Source of the DNA: Candidatus Fermentibacterota bacterium
GTDB lineage: Bacteria > Fermentibacterota > Fermentibacteria > Fermentibacterales > JCC-6
Length of the DNA: 64,000 nucleotides
NCBI GenBank assembly: GCA_014728175.1
Contig: WJMA01000063.1
Location: 34,413-98,412 of the forward strand
Direction of reading: 5' to 3'
This document shows positions 37,360 through 47,132 of the stretch, piece after piece. Every line of letters begins with the position of its first letter. Position 1 is the first letter of the stretch. Position numbers and translations under genes: made by a program. The notes beneath the pieces were generated by a model. That model was given only the letters and a program-made list of their open reading frames with translations, did no database searches and was not told the DNA's origin.

Positions 37360-39437
37360 GAAGGGTCGATTACTTCGATTCCGATCAAATTGAGGGAAAG
37401 GCTTACGACGCCAGGCTGATAAAGCGCCTGCTGCATTACGTCAGGCCACATCGCCGGCTGGTGTTCCTGGCCATGCTCTTCATGACCGTCTCCACGGCGG
37501 TGGAGCTTCTGATTCCCTACATAACAAAGGAGGGCATAGACCGTTATCTGGCAAAGCTCTACCAGGTATACACCACGGACGAGGCGGTGGCGGACTCCCT
37601 GGCCCGCTCCGACCCCGACCGGGACAGGTTCGTACCGCTAGAGCCGGGCAGGATGATGGTGAGGAAGGCATCCCTCGACGAGATGGACCCCGCCCGGAGG
37701 GCCAGGCTCAAGGAGCTGGGCACCCTGGCCAGGGAGACCTACTACCTGTTTCCCGAGGAGGAGGCGGACGACAGGACGGGCCGGGTCGAGGGAGAGTACT
37801 GGCTGGTCCCGGAGGCGGAGCTGTCCGAGGTCCCACCGGCCACCATCGTGCGCATAAGGCACCCGGACATGGAGGGCGTGACCACCTTGGCTTTGCTGAT
37901 GGGCGCCTTGATACTGATCTCGCTGGGGGCGGGTTACGGCCACGTGCTCACTCTGCAGATAGCCGGTCAGAGATCCATGTACGACCTGAGGATGAGGCTT
38001 TTCGAGCACATACAGGAGCTTTCACTGAGCTTCTTCGACCGCAACCCGATAGGCCGGCTGGTCACCAGGGCCGCCAACGATATAGAGGCCCTGAACGAGA
38101 TGTTCACCGCGGTGCTGGTAAACGTGTTCAAGGACGTTTTTCTCCTGGCGGGCACGGTGGTGATACTGCTGGCCCTGGATACCCGCCTGGCGCTGATTGC
38201 GATGATAGTGGTACCGGTGTTCGCGGTGGTATCGATGGTGTTCAGGATAAAGGTCAGGGGAGTCTATCGGGAGGTCCGGCGGCTGCTGGCCAAGCTCAAC
38301 GCCAGGATGGCCGAGGACCTGAACGGGGTGAAGATAGTCCAGATATTCAGGCAGGAGCCCAGGAGGCGCCGGGATTACGAGGATACCAATATCGAGCATT
38401 TCCAGGCCAATATGAAACGGCTGATTATCTTCGGCATCTTCCGCCCCATGATCGAGGTGATAGCGTCGGTGGGTATAGCCCTGGTGCTGGTGTACGGAGG
38501 CCTGGGAGTGTTGGAGGGCTCACTCACCCTGGGTGTACTGGTAGCGTTCATCAGCTACGTACGGCAGATGTTCCGGCCCATCTCCGACATCTCTCAGAAG
38601 TACAATATCATGCAGCGGGCGATGTCCTCCGCCGAGAGGATCTTCAAGATCGTGGACACGGAGGTCGAGGTCCGTCCACCCGAGAGGCCCACGACGCCGC
38701 CGGAGATCCGGGGAAGGGTGGAGTTCGGCTCCGTATGCTTCTCCTACGTTCCCGAAAAACCGGTTTTGAAGAACGTGAGCTTCACCGTGGAACCCGGGAA
38801 GAGCGTGGCCCTGGTGGGCCCCACCGGGGCCGGCAAGACGTCGATAATAAACCTCCTCTGCAGGTTCTACGACGTGGACAAGGGCGAGATACGGCTGGAT
38901 GGCGTGGACCTGAGGGACCACGACATCCAGACCATTCGCGACAACATGGCCATAGTCCTGCAGGACGCTTTCATTTTCAGCCGCACCGTGGAGGGCAACA
39001 TAAAGCTCGGCAAGACCATACCCCGAGAGAGGATGGTAGAGGCCGCCCGGATGGTTCAGGCCGACACGTTCATCCGCAAGCTTCCCCACGGTTACGACGA
39101 GGTGATGGCGGAGCGGGGAGCCACCCTCTCCACCGGTCAGAAGCAGCTTATTTGCTTCGCCCGGGCCCTGGCCCACGATCCCAGGGTACTGATACTGGAC
39201 GAGGCCACCAGCAACGTCGACCCGGCGACCGAGCAGCTGATACAGAAGGCCATAGAAACCCTGATGCGGGGCCGGACCAGCATAGTGGTGGCCCACAGGC
39301 TGAGCACCATTCAGAGAGCCGACCAGATCCTGGTCATAGACAACGGGCGGATAATGGAGAGAGGCAACCACCAGGAGCTTCTGTCCAAGCGCGGAATCTA
39401 CTACAATCTGTACCTCCTGCAGTACAAGGAGGCCTAA
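37356..39437 (+). CDS. ABC exporter, fused permease and ATPase (heterodimer partner 2) with an insert of about 120 aa after TM1
   Basis: Walker A GPTGAGKTS, signature LSTGQKQL and Walker B LILDEATS. The start overlaps the upstream stop (TTGA). Confidence 0.85.
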   Translation: MRRVDYFDSDQIEGKAYDARLIKRLLHYVRPHRRLVFLAMLFMTVSTAVELLIPYITKEGIDRYLAKLYQVYTTDEAVADSLARSDPDRDRFVPLEPGRMMVRKASLDEMDPARRARLKELGTLARETYYLFPEEEADDRTGRVEGEYWLVPEAELSEVPPATIVRIRHPDMEGVTTLALLMGALILISLGAGYGHVLTLQIAGQRSMYDLRMRLFEHIQELSLSFFDRNPIGRLVTRAANDIEALNEMFTAVLVNVFKDVFLLAGTVVILLALDTRLALIAMIVVPVFAVVSMVFRIKVRGVYREVRRLLAKLNARMAEDLNGVKIVQIFRQEPRRRRDYEDTNIEHFQANMKRLIIFGIFRPMIEVIASVGIALVLVYGGLGVLEGSLTLGVLVAFISYVRQMFRPISDISQKYNIMQRAMSSAERIFKIVDTEVEVRPPERPTTPPEIRGRVEFGSVCFSYVPEKPVLKNVSFTVEPGKSVALVGPTGAGKTSIINLLCRFYDVDKGEIRLDGVDLRDHDIQTIRDNMAIVLQDAFIFSRTVEGNIKLGKTIPRERMVEAARMVQADTFIRKLPHGYDEVMAERGATLSTGQKQLICFARALAHDPRVLILDEATSNVDPATEQLIQKAIETLMRGRTSIVVAHRLSTIQRADQILVIDNGRIMERGNHQELLSKRGIYYNLYLLQYKEA

Positions 39438-39976
39438 CCCGGGTCCAGCGGCGGAGGCACGGCCGGCCGCCCCCGCACCACGAGACTCAACCATCCCCGG
39501 AGAACGCACCAGCCGAGACTCCGAAAGGGCGGAACCCGATTCTTCAGATACTCCAGGTGTCTCAGGGGAGCCCGGTCGAGCCTGACCGGAAGCCCTATGG
39601 ACAACGGAAGGTAATCGAACCAGGTCAGGGCTCCTCTGACCCTGCCCTCGCCGGGGCCGGTCAGCTGTACGCAGAGCAGATAATCGCACTTGCGCCGAAG
39701 CATGTCGTCCAACCGTGCGTCGCACCTCGGCCATCCAACCAGCATGACTCTGCGTCCTCCGTGGAGTATGAGCTCGGGCCCGCCTTCTCCCGATTCCTGG
39801 CCCGGCCAGCACGGCACGCCCGCCTCCAGCAGGGCCGATCTGGCGACCGCCTTTCTCAGCCTGGCATCCAGGAACTCTCCACATCTCCGTTTCCCCCGGA
39901 AACCCCGCAGCAGGGCGACGATGCGGGGATGCAGGCGAATCGTGGGGCATTTCCGGGGACTCTGCTCGGGATCCAT
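39434..39976 (-). CDS. Hypothetical 180-aa protein, Cys- and Arg-rich
   Basis: GGAGG located 8 nt upstream of the ATG. Third-codon positions are strongly G/C as in neighbouring real genes. I recognised no motif. Confidence 0.5.
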   Translation of the reverse strand: MDPEQSPRKCPTIRLHPRIVALLRGFRGKRRCGEFLDARLRKAVARSALLEAGVPCWPGQESGEGGPELILHGGRRVMLVGWPRCDARLDDMLRRKCDYLLCVQLTGPGEGRVRGALTWFDYLPLSIGLPVRLDRAPLRHLEYLKNRVPPFRSLGWCVLRGWLSLVVRGRPAVPPPLDPG

Positions 39977-40103
39977 TCCCCTAACCTCCGGCGGCCGTGG
40001 GCGTACTTTTCGCAGAATATCTATTATAGCATAGTTAGGATTCTGTTCGAATCGGATAGCTGTCTTCCCGCATCGCAGCTTTGGATTCCGGGGTGATATA
40101 TAG

Positions 40104-41210
40104 ATGGAGAAGAAGACGTCCCTTTACGAGAAGCACGTTGAGCTGGGAGCCCGCATGACGCCGTTCGCGGGCTTTATCATGCCCGTCCGCTACGACACCC
40201 TGATCTCCGAGCACATGGCGGTGAGAGAAAACGTGGGAATGTTCGATCTGTCCCACATGGGCGAGTTCAGGGTCAAGGGCCCGGCCGCCACCGAGTTCCT
40301 GGATAATGTCCTGACCAATGATGCGGAGGTGGACGTGGGCTCGGCGTTCTACTCCACCATGTGCTACCCGGACGGCGGCATAGTGGACGATCTGGTGGTT
40401 TACCGCCTGGACGACACAGAGTACCTGATAGTGGTGAACGCTTCCAACATAGAGAAGGACTGGGCCTGGGTCTCCAGTCATGCCAAAGCGTTCGACGTGG
40501 AAACCACCAACGAGAGCGATTCCACCACCCTGGTGGCGGTCCAGGGGCCGAACGCCTCCCAGGTGGTTTCACAGCTGACCGACGTGAACCTCAAGGAGCT
40601 GGGCTTCTACCACCAGCGAATGGCCGAGGTGGCCAACAAAGACGCTTTGCTGGCCAGAACCGGTTACACCGGCGAAGACGGTTTCGAGATCTACGTATCC
40701 TCCGACGACGGTCCGGCGCTGTGGGATGCGGTCAGCGAGGCCGGAAGCTCTCTGGACACCGGGCCGATAGTCCCGGTGGGGCTGGGAGCGAGGGACACTC
40801 TAAGGTTGGAGATGGGCTACGCACTTTACGGCAACGACATAGACCATACAACAACCCCCATAGAGGCCAGATTGTCCTGGGTGGTCAAGCTCAAGACCGA
40901 AAAGGAATTCATCGGCAGGGAGGTCCTGGCCCGGCAGAAGCGGGAGAAACCTGGAAGGTACCTCGTCGGTCTGGAGCTCCAGGACAAGGGCATAGCCAGA
41001 GAGGGCGTCGACCTGTTCGAGCACGACCGCAAGGTGGGCGAGGTGACCAGCGGAACCCTCGGGCCCGCCGTCGGGCACTGCGTGTGCCTGGGGTACGTCG
41101 AGCGCGGCTACCACAAGATCGGACGGGACCTGGAAGTGGAGATCCGAGGGAAGAGAAAGAACATAAACCGTGTAAAACTACCATTTTACAAGGATGGAAC
41201 GCACCTGTAG
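40104..41210 (+). CDS. gcvT: Glycine cleavage system aminomethyltransferase (T protein)
   Basis: MFDLSHMGEFRVKG, TGYTGEDGFE and GLGARDTLRLE motifs. Confidence 0.95.
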   Translation: MEKKTSLYEKHVELGARMTPFAGFIMPVRYDTLISEHMAVRENVGMFDLSHMGEFRVKGPAATEFLDNVLTNDAEVDVGSAFYSTMCYPDGGIVDDLVVYRLDDTEYLIVVNASNIEKDWAWVSSHAKAFDVETTNESDSTTLVAVQGPNASQVVSQLTDVNLKELGFYHQRMAEVANKDALLARTGYTGEDGFEIYVSSDDGPALWDAVSEAGSSLDTGPIVPVGLGARDTLRLEMGYALYGNDIDHTTTPIEARLSWVVKLKTEKEFIGREVLARQKREKPGRYLVGLELQDKGIAREGVDLFEHDRKVGEVTSGTLGPAVGHCVCLGYVERGYHKIGRDLEVEIRGKRKNINRVKLPFYKDGTHL

Positions 41211-41243
41211 GGGCAGGAATTTCGTTTACGAAAGGAGCCGAGG

Positions 41244-41630
41244 ATGAGCGAGATACCGGAGGACCTCAGGTTCGCCGAGACCCACGAGTGGGTACGGGAC
41301 GACGGAGACGGCAAGTTCACCATGGGAATAACCGACCACGCCCAGAGCGAGATGGGAGAGATAGTAATGATCGAGCTCCCGTCGGTCGGTGACCAATTCG
41401 ACTCGGGTGACGTAGTGGGCACCCTGGAGGCGGTCAAGACCGCTGCGGACTTCTACGCTCCACTGGGTGGCAAAGTGACCGAGGTGAACGAATCGCTGGA
41501 GGACAGCCCGGAGAAGATCAACCAGGATCCTTACGGAGAAGGTTGGCTGGTGAGCTTCGAGTCCGATGACGGCGAGGCCGTGTCCGGCCTGATGTCGGCC
41601 GCCGAGTACAGGCAGCACGCGGGAGACTGA
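41244..41630 (+). CDS. gcvH: Glycine cleavage system H protein
   Basis: Lipoyl-lysine motif LEAVKTAADFYAP. Size of 128 aa. Confidence 0.95.
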   Translation: MSEIPEDLRFAETHEWVRDDGDGKFTMGITDHAQSEMGEIVMIELPSVGDQFDSGDVVGTLEAVKTAADFYAPLGGKVTEVNESLEDSPEKINQDPYGEGWLVSFESDDGEAVSGLMSAAEYRQHAGD

Positions 41631-41651
41631 GGGAACGGACGGCTTCGGGAT

Positions 41652-43001
41652 ATGAGCAGGTACGTACCGAACGGTGAGGACCAGCATCGGAAGATGCTCA
41701 AGACCATAGGGGCGGATGGCTTCGAGGACCTTCTCCAGCCCATCCCCGAGAAGTACAGGCTGCAGGAGCCTCTGGATCTCCCCCCTCCGGTATCGGAGAT
41801 GGAGCTTCTGGAGGAGTACAGGAGGCTGGCCGGGCGGAACACGGGTCACGGCGCGGTCTGTTTCGCGGGTGGAGGGGCGTACGATCACCTGGTGCCGGCC
41901 GTGGTCGATCACGTGCTTCTCCGCAGCGAGTTCTACACCGCCTACACCCCCTACCAGGCCGAGGCCAGCCAGGGCACCCTCCAGTCCATCTTCGAGTACC
42001 AGACGATGGTGGCCAGGCTGACCGGAATGGAGGTGGCCAACGCGTCCATGTACGACGGAGCGTCCGCCGCCGCCGAGGCGGCGCTGATGGCCATGCGCAT
42101 TACCCGCCGCAACAGGGTGCTGGTAGCGGGCTCGCTGAACCCCGCCTGGTTGGAGGTTATGCGAACGTATCTGGCCCGGGGAGGCTTCGAGCTGAACGAG
42201 GTTCCCTTCGATGAAGACGGCCGGCTGGACCTGAAGGCCGCCGCCAAGATGCGCGGAGACGACACCGCCGCGATGGTCGTGCAGTATCCCAATTACTTCG
42301 GTACGGTAGAGGGTATCCAACCCATGGCCGATCTTATGCATGAGGGAAAGGCGCTGCTGGTGGTAGCCGCCGATCCCGTATCCATGGGGATGCTCCGCCC
42401 ACCGGGAGACATGGGTGCCGACGTGGTGGTGGGAGAGGGCCAGAGCCTGGGACTGCCGCTATCTTACGGGGGGCCCTATTGCGGTTTCATGGCCGGTCTG
42501 AGAAAGCACATCCGCAAGATGCCGGGAAGAATAGTGGGAAGGACCGAGGACCGGGCCGGGGGAACCGGGTACGTCATGACCCTCCAGACCAGGGAGCAGC
42601 ATATCCGAAGAGAGAAGGCCACCAGCAACATATGCACCAACCAGGCCCTGGCGGCCCTGGCCAACGCCGCTTACCTGGCTCTGGCCGGGGAGACCGGCCT
42701 GCGGAGGGTGGCCGAGCTGTGCTTCCACAAGAGCCACTACCTCTTCGACAGGATGGTGGAGCTGCCCGGGGTGGAGCCGGTGTTCGACCTGCCCTTCTTC
42801 GGGGAGTTTCTGGTGAGATTGCCCGTCCCGGCAGAAGAGCTGCGCAACGCGCTGCTCGATCAAGGCTACCTGGCGGGCGTTCCCCTGGTGGAGATGGACG
42901 AGGGGGCTCTACTTGTGGCCGTGACCGAGAAGAGAACGAAGGAGGAGATGGACGGGCTGGTGGATGCGGTCCGGGGCTACATCGAGGAGGCGGTCGAATG
43001 A
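41652..43001 (+). CDS. gcvPA: Glycine dehydrogenase (decarboxylating) subunit 1
   Basis: YTPYQAEASQGTLQ and NASMYDGASA motifs. Position between gcvH and gcvPB. Confidence 0.95.
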   Translation: MSRYVPNGEDQHRKMLKTIGADGFEDLLQPIPEKYRLQEPLDLPPPVSEMELLEEYRRLAGRNTGHGAVCFAGGGAYDHLVPAVVDHVLLRSEFYTAYTPYQAEASQGTLQSIFEYQTMVARLTGMEVANASMYDGASAAAEAALMAMRITRRNRVLVAGSLNPAWLEVMRTYLARGGFELNEVPFDEDGRLDLKAAAKMRGDDTAAMVVQYPNYFGTVEGIQPMADLMHEGKALLVVAADPVSMGMLRPPGDMGADVVVGEGQSLGLPLSYGGPYCGFMAGLRKHIRKMPGRIVGRTEDRAGGTGYVMTLQTREQHIRREKATSNICTNQALAALANAAYLALAGETGLRRVAELCFHKSHYLFDRMVELPGVEPVFDLPFFGEFLVRLPVPAEELRNALLDQGYLAGVPLVEMDEGALLVAVTEKRTKEEMDGLVDAVRGYIEEAVE

Positions 43002-44476
43002 GCGGGACGATATTCGACCACAGCCGCCCGGGGCGGGAGGGCCTCAGCCTGCCCGAGCTCGACGTACCACGTACGGATCCGGCGGAGGCCCTGGGAGGAG
43101 AGCTACTACGGAAGGACGGAATGGGGCTGCCGGAGGTCACCGAGAGCCAGCTGATGAGGCACTACGTTAATATAAGTATTAAGAACTACAATATAGATAG
43201 GGGACTGTACCCTCTGGGCTCGTGCACCATGAAGTACAACCCGAAGCTGCACGAGAACCTGGCCCGCCTCCCCGGGCTCTCCGAGCTGCACCCCCTGCTT
43301 CCGGACGGTCAGGTGCAGGGCACGCTCCAGATCATGTACGAGCTGTCCGACCTTCTCTGCCGGATAACGGGCTTCGACGCCTGCTCCCTGCAACCCGCCG
43401 CGGGCGCCCAGGGGGAGCTCACCGGGCTTCTGCTGATACGCAGCTGTCTGGAGAGCAGGGGAGAGGACCATCGCAACCAGGTACTCATGCCGGACTCTGC
43501 CCATGGAACCAATCCCGCCTCCTGTAGCCTGGCCGGCTTCGAGGTGGTGAGCGTGGAGTCCGACCAACACGGCATGGTCGACGTCGACGACCTGCGTAGT
43601 AAGCTGGGAGACCGGACCGCGGGCCTGATGCTGACCAATCCCAACACTCTGGGGATATTCGAGTCCAAAGTGGAGGAGATAAACGGGCTGGTGCACGATG
43701 CCGGGGGGCTGGTGTACATGGACGGCGCCAACATGAACGCGCTGTTGGGAATCGCGCTTCCGGGAGCCATGGGTTTCGACGTATGCCACCTCAACCTGCA
43801 CAAGACGTTCTCCACCCCCCACGGGGGCGGAGGCCCGGGATCGGGGCCGGTGGTTTGCAATTCCCTGCTGGAACCGTTTCTGCCACAACCCAGAGTGGTG
43901 AAGAACGAGGACGGGTCCTACGGCCTGTCCCGGGGAGGGTCGCAGCCCGTGGGACGCCTGCTCGCCTTCCACGGCAACGTGGGAGTGATGTACAAGGCCT
44001 ATGCCTACGTGTTGAGTCTGGGAACCCGGGGGCTGGAAGAGGTCAGCAGGAACGCCATACTCAACGCCAACTACCTCAAGGCCAGGTTGACCGAGGCGTT
44101 CGACCTCCCGTTCGACTCCGGGCCCTGCATGCACGAATTCGTCGTATCCGGCTCCAGGCAAAAGAAGGAGCATGGAGTCCGGACCCTGGATATGGCCAAG
44201 AGGCTACTTGACTACGGCTACCACGCACCCACAGTGTACTTCCCGCTCATAGTTTCCGAGGCGATGATGGTGGAGCCCACGGAGACCGAGAGCCTGGAAA
44301 GCCTGGATGGGTTCGCGGACGCGTTGTTGTCCATAGCCCGGGAGGCGGAGGAGAAGCCCCACCTGGTTACGGACGCCCCCGTAAACACGCCGGTTCTGAG
44401 ACTGGACGAGGTCCGGGCTATCAAGGAGCTGTGCGTAACCGAGCCTCCGAGCGAGGCCGGTAAGGCGAACGATTAG
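42998..44476 (+). CDS. gcvPB: Glycine dehydrogenase (decarboxylating) subunit 2
   Basis: PLP-lysine motif HLNLHKTFSTPHGGGGPG. The ATG at 42998 overlaps the gcvPA TGA. Confidence 0.95.
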   Translation: MSGTIFDHSRPGREGLSLPELDVPRTDPAEALGGELLRKDGMGLPEVTESQLMRHYVNISIKNYNIDRGLYPLGSCTMKYNPKLHENLARLPGLSELHPLLPDGQVQGTLQIMYELSDLLCRITGFDACSLQPAAGAQGELTGLLLIRSCLESRGEDHRNQVLMPDSAHGTNPASCSLAGFEVVSVESDQHGMVDVDDLRSKLGDRTAGLMLTNPNTLGIFESKVEEINGLVHDAGGLVYMDGANMNALLGIALPGAMGFDVCHLNLHKTFSTPHGGGGPGSGPVVCNSLLEPFLPQPRVVKNEDGSYGLSRGGSQPVGRLLAFHGNVGVMYKAYAYVLSLGTRGLEEVSRNAILNANYLKARLTEAFDLPFDSGPCMHEFVVSGSRQKKEHGVRTLDMAKRLLDYGYHAPTVYFPLIVSEAMMVEPTETESLESLDGFADALLSIAREAEEKPHLVTDAPVNTPVLRLDEVRAIKELCVTEPPSEAGKAND

Positions 44477-44478
44477 GT

Positions 44479-44898
44479 TTGGAGTGGGTCTCTCATCCCG
44501 CCAGGGAAAGGCCCTGGTCCACGGTCCTGCTGCTGCTGATAATGATTCTGGCTGCTGTTGCGGCGACCGCGGTGGGAGGAAATCCGTGGTGGGGCATTCT
44601 GGGTTTTCTTCTTCTGTTCGCCTCACTGTGGAGCTACTTCCTGCCCTGCCGGTACATCATGGACGACCGGGGGGTTCGAAAGCGCTCCCTGTTCGGCGAG
44701 GAGAAGATGACCTGGGACCGGGTCCGCAGCATCGTGCCCGACAGGTACGGGGTGCTGCTGAGCCCTTTTCCCGAACCATCGCGGCTGGCGAAGTTCAGGG
44801 GCCTCTCGGTGCAGTTCTCCGGCAACGGAAGGGAAGTACTTGAGTTCGTACGGGACAGGATGGGATCACGAGGTCCTGGTACGGAACGACAAGGATGA
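44479..44898 (+). CDS. Small membrane protein (2 TM plus a soluble domain of about 80 aa, PH-like by inference)
   Basis: TM helices VLLLLIMILAAVAATAV and WWGILGFLLLFASLW. The TTG start lies 2 nt after the gcvPB stop. Confidence 0.6.
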   Translation: MEWVSHPARERPWSTVLLLLIMILAAVAATAVGGNPWWGILGFLLLFASLWSYFLPCRYIMDDRGVRKRSLFGEEKMTWDRVRSIVPDRYGVLLSPFPEPSRLAKFRGLSVQFSGNGREVLEFVRDRMGSRGPGTERQG

Positions 44899-45295
44899 GG
44901 ACTACTCCGCGCTCATCAAGAAGCTGGCGGTGGCGGTAGTGGAAAGGCAGCTAACCGTTCCGGCGATAGTATTCCTGGAATCGGTGAAGCCGCTTTCCTT
45001 TCTGGGCAACCAGCTGCTAGTGTTTCTTAACCCTTTCGTCTCCCTGCTGGTAAGCTCGGGCAACTACTACGCCTTCGTGAGGATGATCGAGGACAGGGAG
45101 AACTTGGAGAGGCTCATAGAGGCCATAGAGGAGGAGAACGCCCGATTCGAGGAACGTAAGAAAAAGCTTCGTGAGGAACGTAGGAAAAAGGGATCCCTCT
45201 GGACGAGGCTAACCAGCAAGCTCAAGGCAAGCACAAGGCATCAGAAGGGAGATCGCATTGGCCGGCATGGAGATAAAGAGGATCCTGGCGACTGA
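44840..45295 (+). CDS. Small protein with a hydrophobic hairpin and a charged coiled-coil-like tail. Start uncertain.
   Basis: Hydrophobic stretch LTVPAIVFLESVKPLSFLGNQLLVFLNPFVSLLV, then ENLERLIEAIEEENARFEERKKKLREERRKK. Overlaps both neighbouring genes. Confidence 0.5.
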   Translation: MSSYGTGWDHEVLVRNDKDEDYSALIKKLAVAVVERQLTVPAIVFLESVKPLSFLGNQLLVFLNPFVSLLVSSGNYYAFVRMIEDRENLERLIEAIEEENARFEERKKKLREERRKKGSLWTRLTSKLKASTRHQKGDRIGRHGDKEDPGD

Positions 45296-47129
45296 TTGCG
45301 GCAGCACGACCACCAAGGCGATTCTCATCGAGAAGGTGGACGGGGAGTACCGCCTGATAAGGCGGGGTGAGGCTCCCACCACGGTCGAGGCTCCCGCCGA
45401 GGACGTGACCAAGGGAGTCCTCAACGCGGTCGGTGAGATAGAGGACCTCGAGAACAGGTACCTTTTGGGCGAGGACCGGGACAGCGTCCACGTCTCCAGC
45501 GACGGCTCGGGAGGGGTGGACCTCTACGTATCCACGTCATCGGCCGGAGGGGGCCTACAGATGACGGTAGCCGGCGTGGTCAAGACCATGACCGCCGAGA
45601 GCGCTCAGAGGGCCGCTCTGGGAGCGGGAGCCATAGTGATGGACGTGGTGGCCTCCAACGACGGCCGCCTTCCCCACGAGAAGGTGGCGTCGATAAGGAA
45701 GTTCCGGCCGGACATGATTCTCCTGTCCGGCGGAGTGGACGGCGGCACCACGGAGCATGTGGTGGAGCTGGCCGAGGTTATCAAGGCGGCGGACCCCAAG
45801 CCCAGGTTCGGAGTGGGATACAAGCTCCCGGTAATTTACGCCGGCAACGTCGACGCCCGGGATGCGGTAAGAGACGAGCTGGCCGAGAACATGGAGCTCA
45901 AGGTGGTGGAGAACCTCAGACCGGTCCTGGAGAGTGAGAACCTGGGTCCGGCCAGAGACACCATCCACGAGCTGTTCATGGAGCATGTCATGGCCCAGGC
46001 TCCGGGATACCCCAAGCTGATGAGCTGGACCGGACACTACGACGAGGGAGACTGGAGCCAGGTGCCCATAATGCCCACTCCCGGAGCGGTGGGAAAGCTT
46101 ATAGAGACGGTCGCCCACAAGGAGAGCATAGAGGTGATGGGCGTGGACATCGGGGGAGCGACCACCGACGTCTTCAGCGTATTCGAGAACCTGTCGGGAA
46201 ACAAGGTCTTCAACCGGACGGTCTCGGCCAACCTGGGTATGAGCTACAGCGTGTCCAACGTGTTCGCCAGCGCCGGCATTGAGAACGTGATGCGATGGGT
46301 TCCGTTCGACATGGAGGAGTCTGATCTACGCAATAGAATACGCAACAAAATGATACGCCCGACTACGATCCCCCAGACCCTCAGAGAGCTGATAATAGAG
46401 CAGGCCATAGCCAGGGAGGCCCTCCGGCTGGCTCTGAGGCAGCACGGCGACCTGGCCAGGGGTCTGAAGGGTGTGGCCCAGGAGAGGACCATTAGCGACG
46501 CCTTCGAGCAAACCCAGACCGGAGCCACCCTGGTGGACATGATGTCTCTCAATCTCCTCATAGGCTCCGGAGGTACGCTCTCCCATGCCCCCAGACGGGC
46601 GCAGGCCGCGCAGATGCTCATAGACGCCTTCCTACCGGAGGGAGTGACCATGCTGGCGGTGGACTCCATCTTTATGATGCCCCAGCTGGGGGTGCTGTCC
46701 GAGGTACAGGAGGACGCGGCCACGGAAGTGTTCGACAAGGACTGCCTGATCAGGCTGGGTACCTGCATCGCTCCCGCCGGAAGCGCCAAGAAGCTCAAGG
46801 GCCCCATGGCCAGGGTCGAGCTGGAGATGCCCGACGGGCAGGGCGAGAGGTTGGAGATCGATTACGGGGAGATACGGGTCGTTCCTCTGGAGGTCGGTAA
46901 AAAGGCCCGGGCGACGATATCTCCGGCCAAGTCGATGGACGTAGGGGCCGGCCAGGGGGATACCTGGACCGGTACTCTGGAAGGCGGGGTGGTAGGGCTG
47001 ATATTCGACGGAAGGGGAAGGCCCTTCCACCTGCCTGAGGACGACGGAGAAAGGGTTGCCAAGCTGCAGGAATGGGCCGAGTCTCTGCAGTCCTATCCCG
47101 AGAAGTACGTCACGATGGGAGGTGAGTAA
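45258..47129 (+). CDS. MutL-family (glutamate mutase component L-like) ASKHA-fold ATPase
   Basis: Phosphate-1 motif ILATDCGSTTTKAILIE and phosphate-2 motif MGVDIGGATTDVFSV. Length of about 620 aa, typical of the family. Alternative ATG at 45267. Confidence 0.85.
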   Translation: MAGMEIKRILATDCGSTTTKAILIEKVDGEYRLIRRGEAPTTVEAPAEDVTKGVLNAVGEIEDLENRYLLGEDRDSVHVSSDGSGGVDLYVSTSSAGGGLQMTVAGVVKTMTAESAQRAALGAGAIVMDVVASNDGRLPHEKVASIRKFRPDMILLSGGVDGGTTEHVVELAEVIKAADPKPRFGVGYKLPVIYAGNVDARDAVRDELAENMELKVVENLRPVLESENLGPARDTIHELFMEHVMAQAPGYPKLMSWTGHYDEGDWSQVPIMPTPGAVGKLIETVAHKESIEVMGVDIGGATTDVFSVFENLSGNKVFNRTVSANLGMSYSVSNVFASAGIENVMRWVPFDMEESDLRNRIRNKMIRPTTIPQTLRELIIEQAIAREALRLALRQHGDLARGLKGVAQERTISDAFEQTQTGATLVDMMSLNLLIGSGGTLSHAPRRAQAAQMLIDAFLPEGVTMLAVDSIFMMPQLGVLSEVQEDAATEVFDKDCLIRLGTCIAPAGSAKKLKGPMARVELEMPDGQGERLEIDYGEIRVVPLEVGKKARATISPAKSMDVGAGQGDTWTGTLEGGVVGLIFDGRGRPFHLPEDDGERVAKLQEWAESLQSYPEKYVTMGGE

Positions 47130-47132
47130 ACC

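Noticed and set aside
39977-40103. Glycine riboswitch upstream of gcvT
   Set aside because: I could not find the conserved glycine-aptamer elements (GGAGAG...CACCG...CTCAGGC-type cores) in the 127-nt leader. An Rfam scan would be needed to be certain.
45258-47129. Annotating the MutL-family ATPase as a glutamate mutase reactivase
   Set aside because: No mutS/mutE or other B12-dependent mutase subunits lie in the neighbourhood. The family name is kept only as a fold and family descriptor.
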